Shown: positions 11,275-23,359 of the stretch, piece after piece
Numbering within the stretch: the first letter of the stretch is position 1
How the letters are laid out: each line of letters starts with the position of its first letter
Assembly: GCA_038087875.1 (NCBI GenBank)
Contig: CM075988.1
Coordinates: forward strand, 13,580,001 to 13,644,000
Reading direction: 5' to 3'
DNA: 64,000 nt
Source: Malacoraja senta
Lineage: Eukaryota
Made by a program: the position numbers and the translations under genes
Notes under the pieces: model-generated
The model's database searches: none
The model's input: the letters and a program-made list of their open reading frames with translations, nothing else
Told to the model about the DNA's origin: nothing

Positions 11275-13403
11275 TGTTACAAAACTACAAGGTAAACTTA
11301 TCCATCCAATTTTGTGTAGCAAAACAAAAATACACAAGGAATAGACTGAATGCCATAACAATCATAGTTCTGTAACTGCACAGCACTCATTCCCCTTCTT
11401 ACTTTTTAACAGTGAAATTTTGTCTTGAACTTCAGCCACAGCAATCATAAAGTGTTGACCTGAAAGGGATTATTATAACCTGAGGACCCATTCTTCAGAG
11501 CAAGTGAAGAGGAGAGAGATTGCTAGTAAGGTTCATGAGGCAGGGCTGGGTGGAGTGAAAGACAATTGAAGCACAAGTGTCTTGGTCACATTTTTAAGTC
11601 TAAACTCTGTTAAAGTTAATAGATCCCAGAGACTTCAAATGGATGCACAAACATAATTGAAGTCAGTGCTTGAAGGACCAGCGTCATTAATTTCTTTGCC
11701 AAATGGAATTCATTTCAAGTATGGCTGGTAATTTTGAGTAGACGAGTTTTTTTTTTAATTTGTCAACATTGCCAACATACATTGTGTGTGAACTTGCTAT
11801 TTTGCTCAAGCATCAAATAATCTTTTGTGCCTTGTTACTGTGCATTATTTACTCAGTGAAAGCATGAGCAGTAGGGTTTCCAAGAAGTTGGAAGAGAGAC
11901 AATGAATTCATAAGGTTTGAGAAATGTGAAAGTTTGAGTTCCCAGCAAAACATTATGCGAAGAAGTTCGAATGTAGAACCAGTCAATCCTTTGATTGTGG
12001 TCTTTCAGTTGACTAGGAACAAAAACATAATCTGTCAAGTAGATGTGGGGATCATAATGTATGAATAAGTCATGCCTGATTTCAATGAAAGCTGTAGACT
12101 TGCTTTGTGCTTTTTATTCATTGTAAAAGACTGTGCATGCAGCCAGTGGTAACAGTGTAGCTGGTTGCACACACCATCAGGGTCTGAATAATGCAATGCA
12201 CCAATTAAAGCAAGTGAGCACCCTTCTGGGGATTCTTCTCAGCTAGCCCTTGGAGTTGAGGATGACTTGCCACTGTTCCAGTTCTGAGCAATCTTAATCC
12301 CGTAGAAAGTCTGCAGATTATGTTACAGGTGGAGCAAATGGCGTTTCATGGGCCAAACGGATGGAATTTTTGTTTTGTTGCACAAGCTTGTGCTTGGCCT
12401 TCAGGTGATCGTCTCACAAAGACGCAAACTCTTGACTTTCCCAGATACTTCTCCACTGGTTTGATCACTGTTGGTCTGAGGATTTCTGTGCATTCCTGAG
12501 GGAAAGAGAAACCATGAGTTTCCCGTCTGTCAGCGATTGGCAGTGGCGATTCACAGTTTAACTGTGGTGAGTTGGAGAGATGTTCCTTAATCAAACAGAA
12601 CTAGGAGACTCCAAATACACTCAGCAGCATGAGAGCAGATAATTCTGGAAGTCAACAACAGACCTTCAGTGTATAGCTGGTTCAAGTCGGAATAAAATTG
12701 CTCTACAATCTTGCACCATTCTGCTGTTTTGCACTCATTGTCATATTTATTGTTGCATTCATCATTACTGTATGCATTGCTCTGTGAACTTTATGTGAAC
12801 AAATAATTTCACTGCACCTAACTGGTGTATAGGCCAATAAACTGAATTCACCACAATCCTTTCACTCACCTTCAACAATTGTTTAAGACTGTATGTGACA
12901 GTTCATGCTCAAACAATGAGAACTGCAGCATACAGATCTCACTGCTTGAACGTACTGCCAACTAATGAAATGTGACAGATACATCATCCAAGTAGATTAA
13001 TCAACTTATTCTTGTAACAGTGCCCTGTAACTTGCCCAAGGCAGTATTTGAAACCAAACCATCTTCGGCAGCTTCATCAGTGGCTTTCTCTGCATTATAA
13101 AGTCAGAAATGGGGTGATTATTGCTTATTGTTACGTCTTATCAATCAGTGTTTAAACACTGTAACCTGATCATCGATGCACATTAAGCTTTAGGGTTAGG
13201 TTTTGAAAAGCTTTGTTTTGCATGATATCCAAACATAGACATACCATGCATGCATACATACACACAATCAAGTCAAACCTATGTACAATAGATAGAGCAA
13301 AGGGGAAGGTACAGAGTGCAGAATATAGTTCTCAGTATTTAATGCATTGTAACACATCAGTTCCATAGACAGATTCCAATGTCCACAATGGGGTAGTGGT
13401 GAA

Positions 13404-14873
13404 TTGGACAGTATCCCCGTTTATGCACGCTTTGATAATGTCACCCCGCCATCCATGCCTCCCCCCCCACCTAACTCAGCACCATTCACCATCTCTGAGG
13501 AGGTAGTGAGGGCGGCCTTCAAAAATCTTAATAAAAGAAAAGCGGCAGGGCCAGACGACCTCAGCCCCGCTGCTCTTAACCACTGTGCAGCTCAGCTGGC
13601 TCCTGTGTTCACCTCCATCTTTAACACTTCCCTCAGCCAAGGTAGAGTCCCGCAGTGTTTTAAGGCATCCATTATCATCCCTGTGCCCAAGTCCTCCAAG
13701 GTGAGCTGTCTGAACGATTTTAGACCTGTTGCACTAACATCAGTTGCCATGAAGGCCTTTGAGCACATAGTCCTCACCCATCTGAAAACATACACTGTCC
13801 CCATCATGGACCCTTTTCAATTTGCATACAGCGCCAACTGGTCTGTGGAGGATGCTATCAACCTAGCTCTTCACTACTCCCTACATAATTTGGAATCACC
13901 GAACACTTATGCACGCATCCTGTTTATAGATTTTAGCTCGGCCTTTAATACTATACACCCAATTAAACTCTACAATAAACTGTTGGACATGGGCATTCAC
14001 CTAGCCATGTGCCATTGGATTTTACATTTTCTTACAAACAGACAACAAAGAGTCAAGGTGGGTGAAAAACTCTCCAGCCCTCTGACTATCAATACAGGAG
14101 CCCCTCAAGGGTGCGTTCTGTCACCTCAGCTCTTCTCACTTTACACCAACAACCTCACATCCCAATACAGCTCAGTTAAAATTTTCAAATATGCAGACGA
14201 CACGACAATAATTGGCCTCATCTCAGACAACAATGAATCACAATACCATCAAACAGTGGACAGCGCAGTCAAATGGTGCGCAGAAAACAACCTCCAGCTT
14301 AACACCTCAAAAACCTTAGAAACCATCATAGATTTCAGACGCAAACAAAACCTCAAACCCGCGGTCCATGTCAACTCCCATCCCATAACCTCCACGAACT
14401 TATTTAAGTTTCTGGGCACCTATATCTGCAATAATCTAAAATGGCACATCAATGCTGACCACATCATTAAGAAAGGACAACAACGCCTATACTTCCTCAG
14501 ACAGCTCAAGAAGTTCAGAGTCCACAAACACCTCCTGGTACGCTTCTATCAATCCATCATTGAAAGCATCATCACCTCCTCAATCACAGTCTGGTACGGA
14601 AACACTGACAGTCACTCACTACACAGAATACAGCGCATTGTCTCCAAGGCCTCTAGGATCATCAACTCTCCCCTCCCCTCAATCCATTCCATTTACCTCC
14701 AACGTACCTCAAAACGGGCAACAAAGATCATCTCGGACCCCTCCCATCCAGCAAACCACCTTTTCCAGTCTCTCCCTTCAGGGAGGCGCCTTAGGTCACT
14801 TGCTACAAAATCCACCCGTTTTAAAAACAGTTTCTTCCCCTCAGCAATAAGAGCACTTAATTCCCTCCAATAA
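13404..14873 (+). CDS. Rex1-type reverse transcriptase ORF, 5'-truncated (first codons come from the flank)
   Basis: [40 protein letters not shown] motifs; C-terminal LPSGRR...KNSFFP. Confidence 0.9.
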   Translation: MDSIPVYARFDNVTPPSMPPPPPNSAPFTISEEVVRAAFKNLNKRKAAGPDDLSPAALNHCAAQLAPVFTSIFNTSLSQGRVPQCFKASIIIPVPKSSKVSCLNDFRPVALTSVAMKAFEHIVLTHLKTYTVPIMDPFQFAYSANWSVEDAINLALHYSLHNLESPNTYARILFIDFSSAFNTIHPIKLYNKLLDMGIHLAMCHWILHFLTNRQQRVKVGEKLSSPLTINTGAPQGCVLSPQLFSLYTNNLTSQYSSVKIFKYADDTTIIGLISDNNESQYHQTVDSAVKWCAENNLQLNTSKTLETIIDFRRKQNLKPAVHVNSHPITSTNLFKFLGTYICNNLKWHINADHIIKKGQQRLYFLRQLKKFRVHKHLLVRFYQSIIESIITSSITVWYGNTDSHSLHRIQRIVSKASRIINSPLPSIHSIYLQRTSKRATKIISDPSHPANHLFQSLPSGRRLRSLATKSTRFKNSFFPSAIRALNSLQ

Positions 14874-15087
14874 CTTTTTGACTTTGATGTATACAGTGTC
14901 TTGTCTATGGTTTTTGTCTGTTCTTTTGCACTATGTATTGTTGGTGAGATTTGTGATTTGTGATGTGCTTTATTATTATTGTTGTTAGTGTTAATGTGCT
15001 AAAGCAGTGTACCATCATGTACCGAACCCAATTACCAACAACACTGGTTGTGTGGCAAATAAAGTTTCTATTCTATTCTATTCTATT
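13421..15087 (+). mobile_element. 5'-truncated Rex1/Babar-type LINE
   Basis: Uninterrupted RT ORF, 3' UTR, AATAAA followed by (CTATT)4 tail; possible TTAT TSD. Confidence 0.9.
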
Positions 15088-15089
15088 AT

Positions 15090-15400
15090 AGAAAGAAGCC
15101 TGATAACAGAGGGGAAGATGCTGTTCTTCAGTCTAGTGATGCGTTCTTTCAAGCTTCTGCACCTTCTGCTGGATGGGAACAGGGAGAAGAAGGAATGACC
15201 GGGCTGGGACAGGTCTGATTATGTTGGCTGCTTTTCTGAGGCAGCAAGAAGTGTGAATGAAGTTAACAGTGAGAAAAGTCTGTTCTGTGTGATGGACTGG
15301 GCCACATCAACAACTCTCATCAATTTCTTGCGGTCTTTGGCAGAGCTCTTCCCAAACCAAGCTATGATGCCCCCCGACGGTGTGCTTTCCATGGTGCACT
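15090..15400 (-). mobile_element. Older degenerate Rex1-like LINE interrupted by the 13421 element (other part about 13195-13420)
   Basis: Minus strand encodes PSSRRCRSLKERITRLKNSIFP, homologous to the Rex1 C-terminus. Confidence 0.6.
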
Positions 15401-15534
15401 ACACCTCTAAACATGGACCAAGGATGAAGAAGGGTCTCGACCTGAAACATCACTCATTCCTTCTCTCCAGAGATGCTGCCTGTCCCACTAAGTTACTCCA
15501 GCTTTTTGTGTCTTTCAAAGGACCAAGAAGCTGA

Positions 15535-16550
15535 ATGGTGAGGGAAGATGTGACCTTGACATCAAAGCAGCAATTCATTGAGTGTGGCATCAGGAGCTCT
15601 GGTAAAACTGAAGTCAATAGAGAAATGCTCCTCTGGTTTGTGTCACACCCCATCAGAGGAAGATGGTCATGATGGGAGCCAATAACCACAGCCCCAGAAC
15701 ATCCCCATAGAGTGCATCTGACCTCTCACTCTGCCTGTGGACTACTGGAGAAGCATGGGCACCGTTTGCACAATGTCATGAGCTGAGGAGCAGAAGGCAC
15801 ACTCTATCCAGCCTCTTAGCTTTATGCCAGCCTAATCCCATTCATATGCATTGAGTAGCTTCATTATAAATATAAGTGAAAATAGGGCTGCTTTAAAAAA
15901 ATGCTGTTCCATAATTTTAACTTAAATAGGGTTAATGTTTTAAGAGATGTACAGTATTTTATTTCTGATTTTACAAATATTTCATTTATGATTTTGAATC
16001 AATATTTAACATATGTTTTAATTTATAATTTTCTGAGACATGGAAGGACAGTGGAAAATGCCTTTGACAGTAGCTGCAGTCAGATTACCATCAGGATGGT
16101 CGCTGGGCAGGGTCTCAGGATCTCCACCAGTGAGCCATTTGTTACTGAAGACTGGGAGGATGTTAAGAGGGGCCAACACGAAGTACAAGTTCAGTCCCTC
16201 ATGATCCTATCCATGACATTACTATGTGCTTTTGACACTGATGTCTTTGGTGGGGGGGGGGGTTAGGCAGGAGGGGTCAACTGTGAGCAAAACGTCAACA
16301 GAGTGTGTTGCATGAAACTGTGTCCACAAGAGTAAATTGGACATCAATGAGCAACTTATCTCCTGCATTGCCAAAGCCCTTCTGTCAACAAGGCACAAGT
16401 CAGGAACTTGATGGAACAGCCTCCACTTGCTCGGATGAGTGCAGCTCTAACAAGACATAAGTCACGCAACACCATTGAAGATACATCTGCATCATTACTT
16501 GATACCCCATTCACTAACCTAACAAGTTACTCTCCAATTTCTGGTGCACC
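15535..16550 (+). mobile_element. Patchy remnants of an old L2/Crack-like LINE RT (about 15535-15720 and 16370-16550)
   Basis: Remnants LDIKAA..WHQ and KAQVR..ME..PLA.MSAA. Confidence 0.45.
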
Positions 16551-17113
16551 ATGACTATTCTGAAGAAGGGCCCGACCCAAAATGTCACCCATCTGTGTTC
16601 TCCAGAGATGCTGCCTGACTCGTTGAGTTACTCTATCACTTTGTGTTCTTTTGTGTTAACTAGCATCTGCAATTCCTTGTTTCTGCACTATGGCTATTGT
16701 CTACCATCAACAATATTCACTGCAGTTTCTCCCTTGGCAAAACTGACGGCATCTCCCAAATCCATGATACCCTTACCCAAAAAGGATAATAGAGCAAAGA
16801 CATTTTGCACCAAAACCACTACTTCTAGTGCAGCATATGGGCAGAAATATATTGCCTTTTCTTCTTCGTTGTATCAAAATATTGGAATTCTATCCTGGTT
16901 TTATTATGATTTAAATTTCATAACATGGTATCTTGCGTGTAAGTTTAAGAACACTTTGTAACCAATAAAATACTTTTAGGGTGGATTTTATTATTGTAAT
17001 ATTAGCCAAATAGTGGACATCAAACTCCAGCTAACTTATAATTGCCAGATAATCTGGTTTAGTAATGGTGATTTAATGGTGATTTAGGAATAAATGAGAT
17101 GTCAGGATAATAT

Positions 17114-17305
17114 AGAGACAAGGAACTGCAGATGCTGTTTACAAAAAAAAGACACATAGTGCTGGAGTAACTCAGCAGGACAGGCAGCATCTCTGGAGAC
17201 TATGGACAGGTGACGTTTTGCGTCGGGAGGAAGAGTCCCAATCTGAAACATCATGTTCTCCAGGGATGCTGCCTGACCTGCTGACTTATTCCGGTACTTT
17301 GTATT
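17114..17305. mobile_element. Fold-back PLE-derived short element
   Basis: GGAACTGCAGATGCT...GCTGGAGTAACTCAGC arm and its inverted copy. Confidence 0.7.
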
Positions 17306-17440
17306 GATTTTTCATCTCAGGAAAAGATTAGGAGGAGCAAATAGGAAATTTACTCTGTCGGCTGATTTCCCTGAGTTTTTACTTTTAAAAATGAGGGAAA
17401 TCAACTGGGAGATTTAAGAAATAATCACTCACTTCTACCT

Positions 17441-17539
17441 GTGTTGGAAGGAACTGCAGATGTTGATTTTAAACTGAAGATAGACACAAAAAGTCAGAGT
17501 AACTCAGCGGGTCAGGCAGCACCTCTGGATAGAAGGAAT
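17441..17539 (-). mobile_element. PLE-derived short element
   Basis: Same family; 12-bp TSD TCACTTCTACCT (17429-17440, 17540-17551). Confidence 0.8.
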
Positions 17540-18813
17540 TCACTTCTACCTACTTGAGTGCCTGGCAATTAGCAGATGGAGGGGATTATTGGATCTTCTA
17601 TTTTACTGGAAGTTCTCGTGGTGAGTATTTGTGTTAACCCTAAGATGCAAAATGCTGGCTTTAACTATCGACAAAATTAATGAAGAAGTGGATTTTTTTA
17701 CAGACATTGCTTAATTTACTTAAAATCAATGCCATTATCTGAAGCAATTTTTACAGGTTTTGCAAAATTTAAATCATCTCGCTACAGAAGTCCTTCTGAT
17801 ATGATTAAGTTCCGGCAGTAAATTGTTGCGTGTTCTTTTGCCAATTAGAATTTAGCCTGGGTGATTGACATGTTTGACCTTCAAACATGCTTTTCAGTCT
17901 CCGAGCTTGTGGATTCTGGAGGATTGTACACAAGCATCTATTATTGTTTGATTAATTATACATAGAGGAAGGCAACAATGGTAATTTGTGATGAAGCAAA
18001 GGTTAAACTCAGCATCAAACTATCAGATGTTCTGTGCAACACCAGAGAGTGGTTTCATTTCCTAAACCAAGCTTCCGATGAATACAACACCTCCAGTATA
18101 CAGATGCTCCAATCAGCATTCAGTCATGGTGCTTGAATTTCAAAGGACGGTAAATTGGTATTTAAAATTCTTTGTCATGTGGAATTAGTTGAATTCATTT
18201 CGAAGAACATTCTTAAATAAAATTGGGCACGCAACATTCATCTTTCTTTCTCCAGGGAGAAAAAATGATTATCCTTTCCTATTTAGCTGAAACTCAAGAC
18301 AACCTGTTAGAGTTGGACTGATTGTAGCTATTGTGGAGAACAGCTCTGAAATCATGCTCTGATATTTGTGTGAAGATGGCAGGTTAGAAAAGCAGATCAA
18401 AAAAATGCAAGTTGCATTGTGTCGGTCGTGCCTTGGAATATAGAGTTGTCTTTCAGTTGTCTTTCAGGCAGAGTCACCAATTGCTAAAAGGTAGCTGGTG
18501 GTCTCTGCGACTTGTAATGTCCCCTATACGTCCGACGCATCAGAAATACGTTGCTGATTCAGAATCCTGGACCTCCATATCCAACAACATTCCCTAGGAC
18601 ATTGAGGGAAGTTAGTGTAGAAATAGCAGGGGCTATGACAGAAATATTTCAAATGTCATTAGAAACGGGAATAGTGCCGGAGGATTGGCGTACTGCGCAT
18701 GTTGTTCCGTTGTTTAAAAAGGGTTCTAAGAGTAAACCTAGCAATTATAGACCTGTTAGTTTGACGTCAGTGGTGGGCAAATTAATGGAAAGGATACTTA
18801 GAGATAATATATA

Positions 18814-20429
18814 CAGTGGCTTGCAAAAGTATTCATACCCCTTGAACTTTTCCACATTTTGTCACGTTACAACCACAAACGTAAATGTATTTTATTGGGA
18901 TTTTATGTGATAGACGAACACAAAGTGGCGCATAATTGTGAAGTGGAAGGAAAATGATACATGGTTTTCAAATTTTTTTACAAATAAAAAACTGAAAAGT
19001 GTCGCGTGCAAAAGTATTCAGCCCCCCTGAGTCAATACTTTGTAGAACCACCTTTCGCTGCAATTACAGCTGCAAGTCTTTTGGGGTATGTCTCTACCAG
19101 CTTTGCACATCTAGAGACTGAAATGTTTGCCCATTCTTCTTTGCAAAATAGCTCAAGCTCAGGCAGATTGGATGGAGAGCGTCTGTGAACAGCAATTTTC
19201 AAGTCTTGCCAGAGATTCACAATTGGATTTAGGTCTGGACTTTGACTGGGCCATTCTAACACATGAATATGCTTTGATCTAAACCATTCCATTGTAGCTC
19301 TGGCTATATGTTTAGGGTCGTTGTCCTGCTGGAAGGTGAACCTCCGCCCCAGTCTCAAGTCTTTTGCAGACTCTAACAGGTTTTCGTCAATGATTGCCCT
19401 GTATTTGGCTCCATCCATCTTCCCATCAACTCTGACCAGCTTCCCTGTCCCTGCTGAAGAAAAGCATCCCCACAGCATAATGCTGCCACCACCATGTTTC
19501 ACAGTGAGGATGGTGTGTTCAGGGTGATGTGCAGTGTTAGGTTTCTGCCACACATAGCATTTTGCATTTAGGCCAAAAACTTCAATTTGGTCTCATCTGA
19601 CCAGAGCACCTTCCTCCACATGTTTGCTGTGTCCCCCACATGGCTTGTGGCAAACTGCAAACGGGACTTCTTATGGCTTATTTTCAACAATGGCTTTCTT
19701 CTTGCCACTCTTCCATAAAGGCCCGATTTGTGGAGTGCACGACTAATAGTTGTCCTGTGGACAGATTCTCCCACCTGAGCTGTGGATCTCTGCAGCTCCT
19801 CCAGAGTTACCATGGGCCTCTTGGCTGTTTCTCAGATCAATGCTCTCCTTGCCCGGCCTGTCAGTTTAGGTGGACGGCCATATCTTGGTAGGTTTGCAGT
19901 TGTGCCATACTCTTTCCATTTTCGGATGATGGATTGAACAGTGCTCCGTGAGATGTTCAAAGCTTGGGATATTTTTTTATAACCTAACCCTGCATTAAAC
20001 TTCTCCACAACTTTATCCCTGACCTGTCTGGTGTGTTCCTCGGGCTTCATGATGCTGTTTGTTCACTAATGTTCTCTAACAAACCTCTGAGGCCTTCACA
20101 GAACAGCTGTATTTATACTGAGATTAGATTACACACAAGTGGATTCTATTTACTAATTAGGTGACTTCTGAAGGTAATTGGTTGCACTGGATTTTATTTA
20201 GGGGTATCAGAGTAAAGTGGGCTGAATACTTTTGCACGCGACACTTTTCAGTTTTATATTTGTAAAAAAATTTGAAAACCATGTATCATTTTCCTTCCAC
20301 TTCACAATTATGCGCCACTTTGTGTTGGTCTATCACATAAAATCCCAATAAAATACATTTACGTTTGTGGTTGTAACGTGACAAAATGTGGAAAAGTTCA
20401 AGGGGTATGAATACTTTTGCAAGCCACTG
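18814..20429 (-). mobile_element. Full-length Tc1/mariner transposon, Passport-like, IR/DR type
   Basis: About 210-bp TIRs starting CAGTGGCTTGCAAAAGTATTCA, inner direct repeat TGCAAAAGTATTCAGCCC, TA duplication (18812-18813, 20430-20431). Confidence 0.97.
19032..20050 (-). pseudogene. Tc1 DD34E transposase, inactivated
   Basis: [46 protein letters not shown] (catalytic E to V); stop at 19832 and frameshift near 19585. Confidence 0.95.
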
Positions 20430-22380
20430 TATAAGCATCTGGATAAGCAGGGTCTGATTAGGAACAGTCAACATGGATTTGTGCCTGGAAGGTCATGTTT
20501 GACTAATCTTCTAGAATTTTTCGAAGAGGTTACTAGGGAAATTGATGAGGGTAAAGCAGTGGATGTTGTCTATATGGACTTCAGTAAGGCCTTTGACAAG
20601 GTTCCTCATGGAAGGTTGGTTAAGAAGATTAAATTGTTGGGTATTAATGGTGGAGTAGCAAGATGGATTCAACAGTGGCTGAATGGGAGATGCCAGAGAG
20701 TAATGGTGGATGGCTGTTTGTCAGGTTGGAGGCCGGTGACTAGTGGGGTGCCTCAGGGGTCTGTGTTGGGTCCACTGTTGTTTGTCATATACATCAATGA
20801 TCTGGATGATGGTGTGGTAAATTGGATTAGTAAGTATGCAAATGATACTAAGATAGGTGGTGTTGTGGATAATGAAGTAGATTTTCAAAGTCTACAGAGA
20901 GATTTAGGCCATTTGGAAGAGTGGGCTGAAAGATGGCAGATGGAGTTTAATGCTGATAAATGTGAGGTGCTACATCTTGGCAGGACAAATCAAAATAGGA
21001 TGTACATGGTAAATGGTAGCAAATTGAGGAATGCAGTTGAACAGAGGGATCTAGGAATAACTGTGCATAGTTCCCTGAAGGTGGAATCTCATGTAGATAG
21101 GGTGGTAAAGAAAGCTTTTGGTGTGCTGGCCTTTATAAATCAGAGCATTGAATATAGAAGTTGGGATGTAATGTTAAAATTGTACAAGGCATTGGTGAGG
21201 CCAATTCTGGAGTATGGAGTACAATTTTGGTCGCCTAATTATAGGAAGGATGTCAACAAAATAGAGAGTACAGAGGAGATTTACTAGAATGTTGCCTGGG
21301 TTTCAGCAACTAAGTTACAGAGAAAGGTTGAACATGTTAGGTCTTTATTCTTTGGAGCGCAAAAGGTTAAGGGGGGACTTGATAGAGGTCTTTAAAATGA
21401 TGAGCGGGTTAGACAGAGTTGACGTGGATAAGCTTTTCCCATTGAGAGTAGGGAAGATTCAAACAAGGGGACATGACTTGAGAATTAAGGGACAGAAGTT
21501 TAGGGGTAACATTAGGGGGAACTTCTTTACTCAGAGAGTGGTAGCTGTGTGGAATGAGTTTCCAGTGGAAGTGGTGGAGGTAGGTTCGGTTTTATCCTTT
21601 AAAAATAGATTGGATGGGTATATGGACGGGAAAGGAATGGAGGGTTATGGTCTGAGTGCAGGTAGATGGGACTAGGGGGAAGAAAGAAGGGGGAGAAAAA
21701 AAAAGTGTTCGGCACGGACTAGAAGGGCCGAGATGGCCTGTTTCCGTGCTGTAATGGTTATATGGTTATATGGTTAACATTGTGGGAGTGCTTTTATAGA
21801 ATGAACTGTAGTGCTTCTGCAATAAGTGACCATTACTTTCTGAAGACTGATTAGAGTTGGGAAATACAGTCATAAAGTCATGAACATGCTCCATGGCTCA
21901 TCGAACCTATGCCGACCATCAGCCGACCCATTTACACCAATCCTACATTAATCCCATGTTTTTTATTCTCTCTTTTTTCTCAACTACACCCACCTCCTTG
22001 CCACTCAGCATCCAGAATCCACCACTTACCTACCCAATTAGAGTAGCCAATTCACCTACCAACTCGCAGGTCTTTGTATATGGGAGGAAATCTGTCTGGT
22101 CACAGAGACAACAGGCAAACATCACATGGATAAAATGTTGCTCATATCCTCTGAATGAAAATAAACTAATGTCCCATCTGCCATCTCATGCGGATATAAT
22201 TGGCTTTACTTTGAGGAGGCATCATATTTATTTCATCACAAGCAGCAGATTACCTGCAGATTATCACATTGCTGTTTGTGAGATCTTGTTGTATGTAAAT
22301 TGGCTGCCGTGTTTTCTCTCTTGCATTTATGGACTGACTTTCAATGCACTATCTATTGTTAAATGTTTTGTGATGTGTTG

Positions 22381-22688
22381 AGGATGGCACAGTGGAACAG
22401 CTTATAGAGCTCCAGCCACATAGCAATAGACAGCTGCTTTCAATCCTGACGGGTGGTGTCTGTGTGGAATTTGGATGTTCCCTCTGTGACGATGTGCGTT
22501 TCCTCCGAGTGGTCTGGTTTTGTATGGGTTGGAAGGTTAAATGGCTTCTGTAACATTGCCCCAAATGTGCAAATAGTGGATGAGAAAGTGGGATAACATA
22601 GAACTAGTGTGAACGGGTGATCAATGGTCAGCATGGACTCTATGGGTCAAAGGGCCCTCCTGTATCTCAAACTTAACAAAACTAAACA
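22381..22688 (+). mobile_element. HE1-type SINE, degenerate
   Basis: Collinear with other copies, TAAAC-like tail. Confidence 0.7.
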
Positions 22689-22755
22689 TAGACAATGCCA
22701 CATGATTGCATGTTTCCCTCTTTCTTTTTAAGTGACCAAACACTGTAATCTTACT

Positions 22756-23359
22756 AGGTAGACAAAAATGCTGGAGAAACTCAGCGGGGAGGTAAAGCGA
22801 CAAGTGTAGCATTTCCTGCGGTTGCAAGGGAAAGTACCAGGGGAGGGGGTGGTTTGGGTGGGAAGAGACAAATTGACCAAGGAGTTATGGAGAGAGATGG
22901 GAAGATGTGGCCAGTGGTGGGATCCCGTTGGAGGTGGCAAAAATGTCGGAGGATAATCTGTTGTATGTGACGGCTGGTAGGGTGGAAGTGGAGGACAAGG
23001 GGGGCTCTGTCCTTGTTATGAGTGGGGGGTTGGGGAGTGAGAGCAGAGCTACAGGATATAGAGGAGACCCTGGTGAGAGCCTCATCTATAGTCGAAGAGG
23101 GGTACCCCCATTCCCTAAAGAATGAGGACATCTCCAATGCCCTGGTTTGGAACACCTCATCCTGGGTGCAGATGCGGCGTAGACGGAGGAATTGGGAATA
23201 GGGGATGGGGTCCTTACAGGAAGCAGTGTGGGAAGAAGTGTAGTCCAGATAGCCATGGGAGTCAGTGGGTTTGCAGTAGATGTCGGTCAGCAGTCTGTTA
23301 CCTGCGATGGAGGTAACTACAGACAGATGTTTCCAGCATCTGCAGTTCTTTCTTAAACA
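22756..23359 (-). mobile_element. Internally deleted Penelope-like element
   Basis: Homologous to the 51880-52418 RT C-terminus and linker (FPCNRRKCYTC), joined to the PLE 3' end; inverted terminal piece at about 23330-23359; TSD ACTGTAAT[C/A]TTACT. Confidence 0.85.

Larger units (their letters stand above)
18592..21776 (+). mobile_element. 5'-truncated CR1/HER1-type LINE interrupted by a Tc1 element
   Basis: ORF2 pieces VPEDWR..PLFKKG..NYRPVSLTS, then QHGF..DFSKAFDKV..GVPQGSVLGP..YAND; frameshift near 21265-21290; (TATGGTTA)n tail; candidate TSD AACATT. Confidence 0.92.

Noticed and set aside
12230..12600. Possible minus-strand RTE remnant
   Set aside because: Too degenerate to support beyond a short 3'-end-like motif
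15424..15452. Additional hammerhead-like motifs (also 1533, 16560, 25143, 30491, 40980, 48841, 54579)
   Set aside because: Core CUGA or GAAA nucleotides are mutated; counted as decayed family members rather than ribozymes
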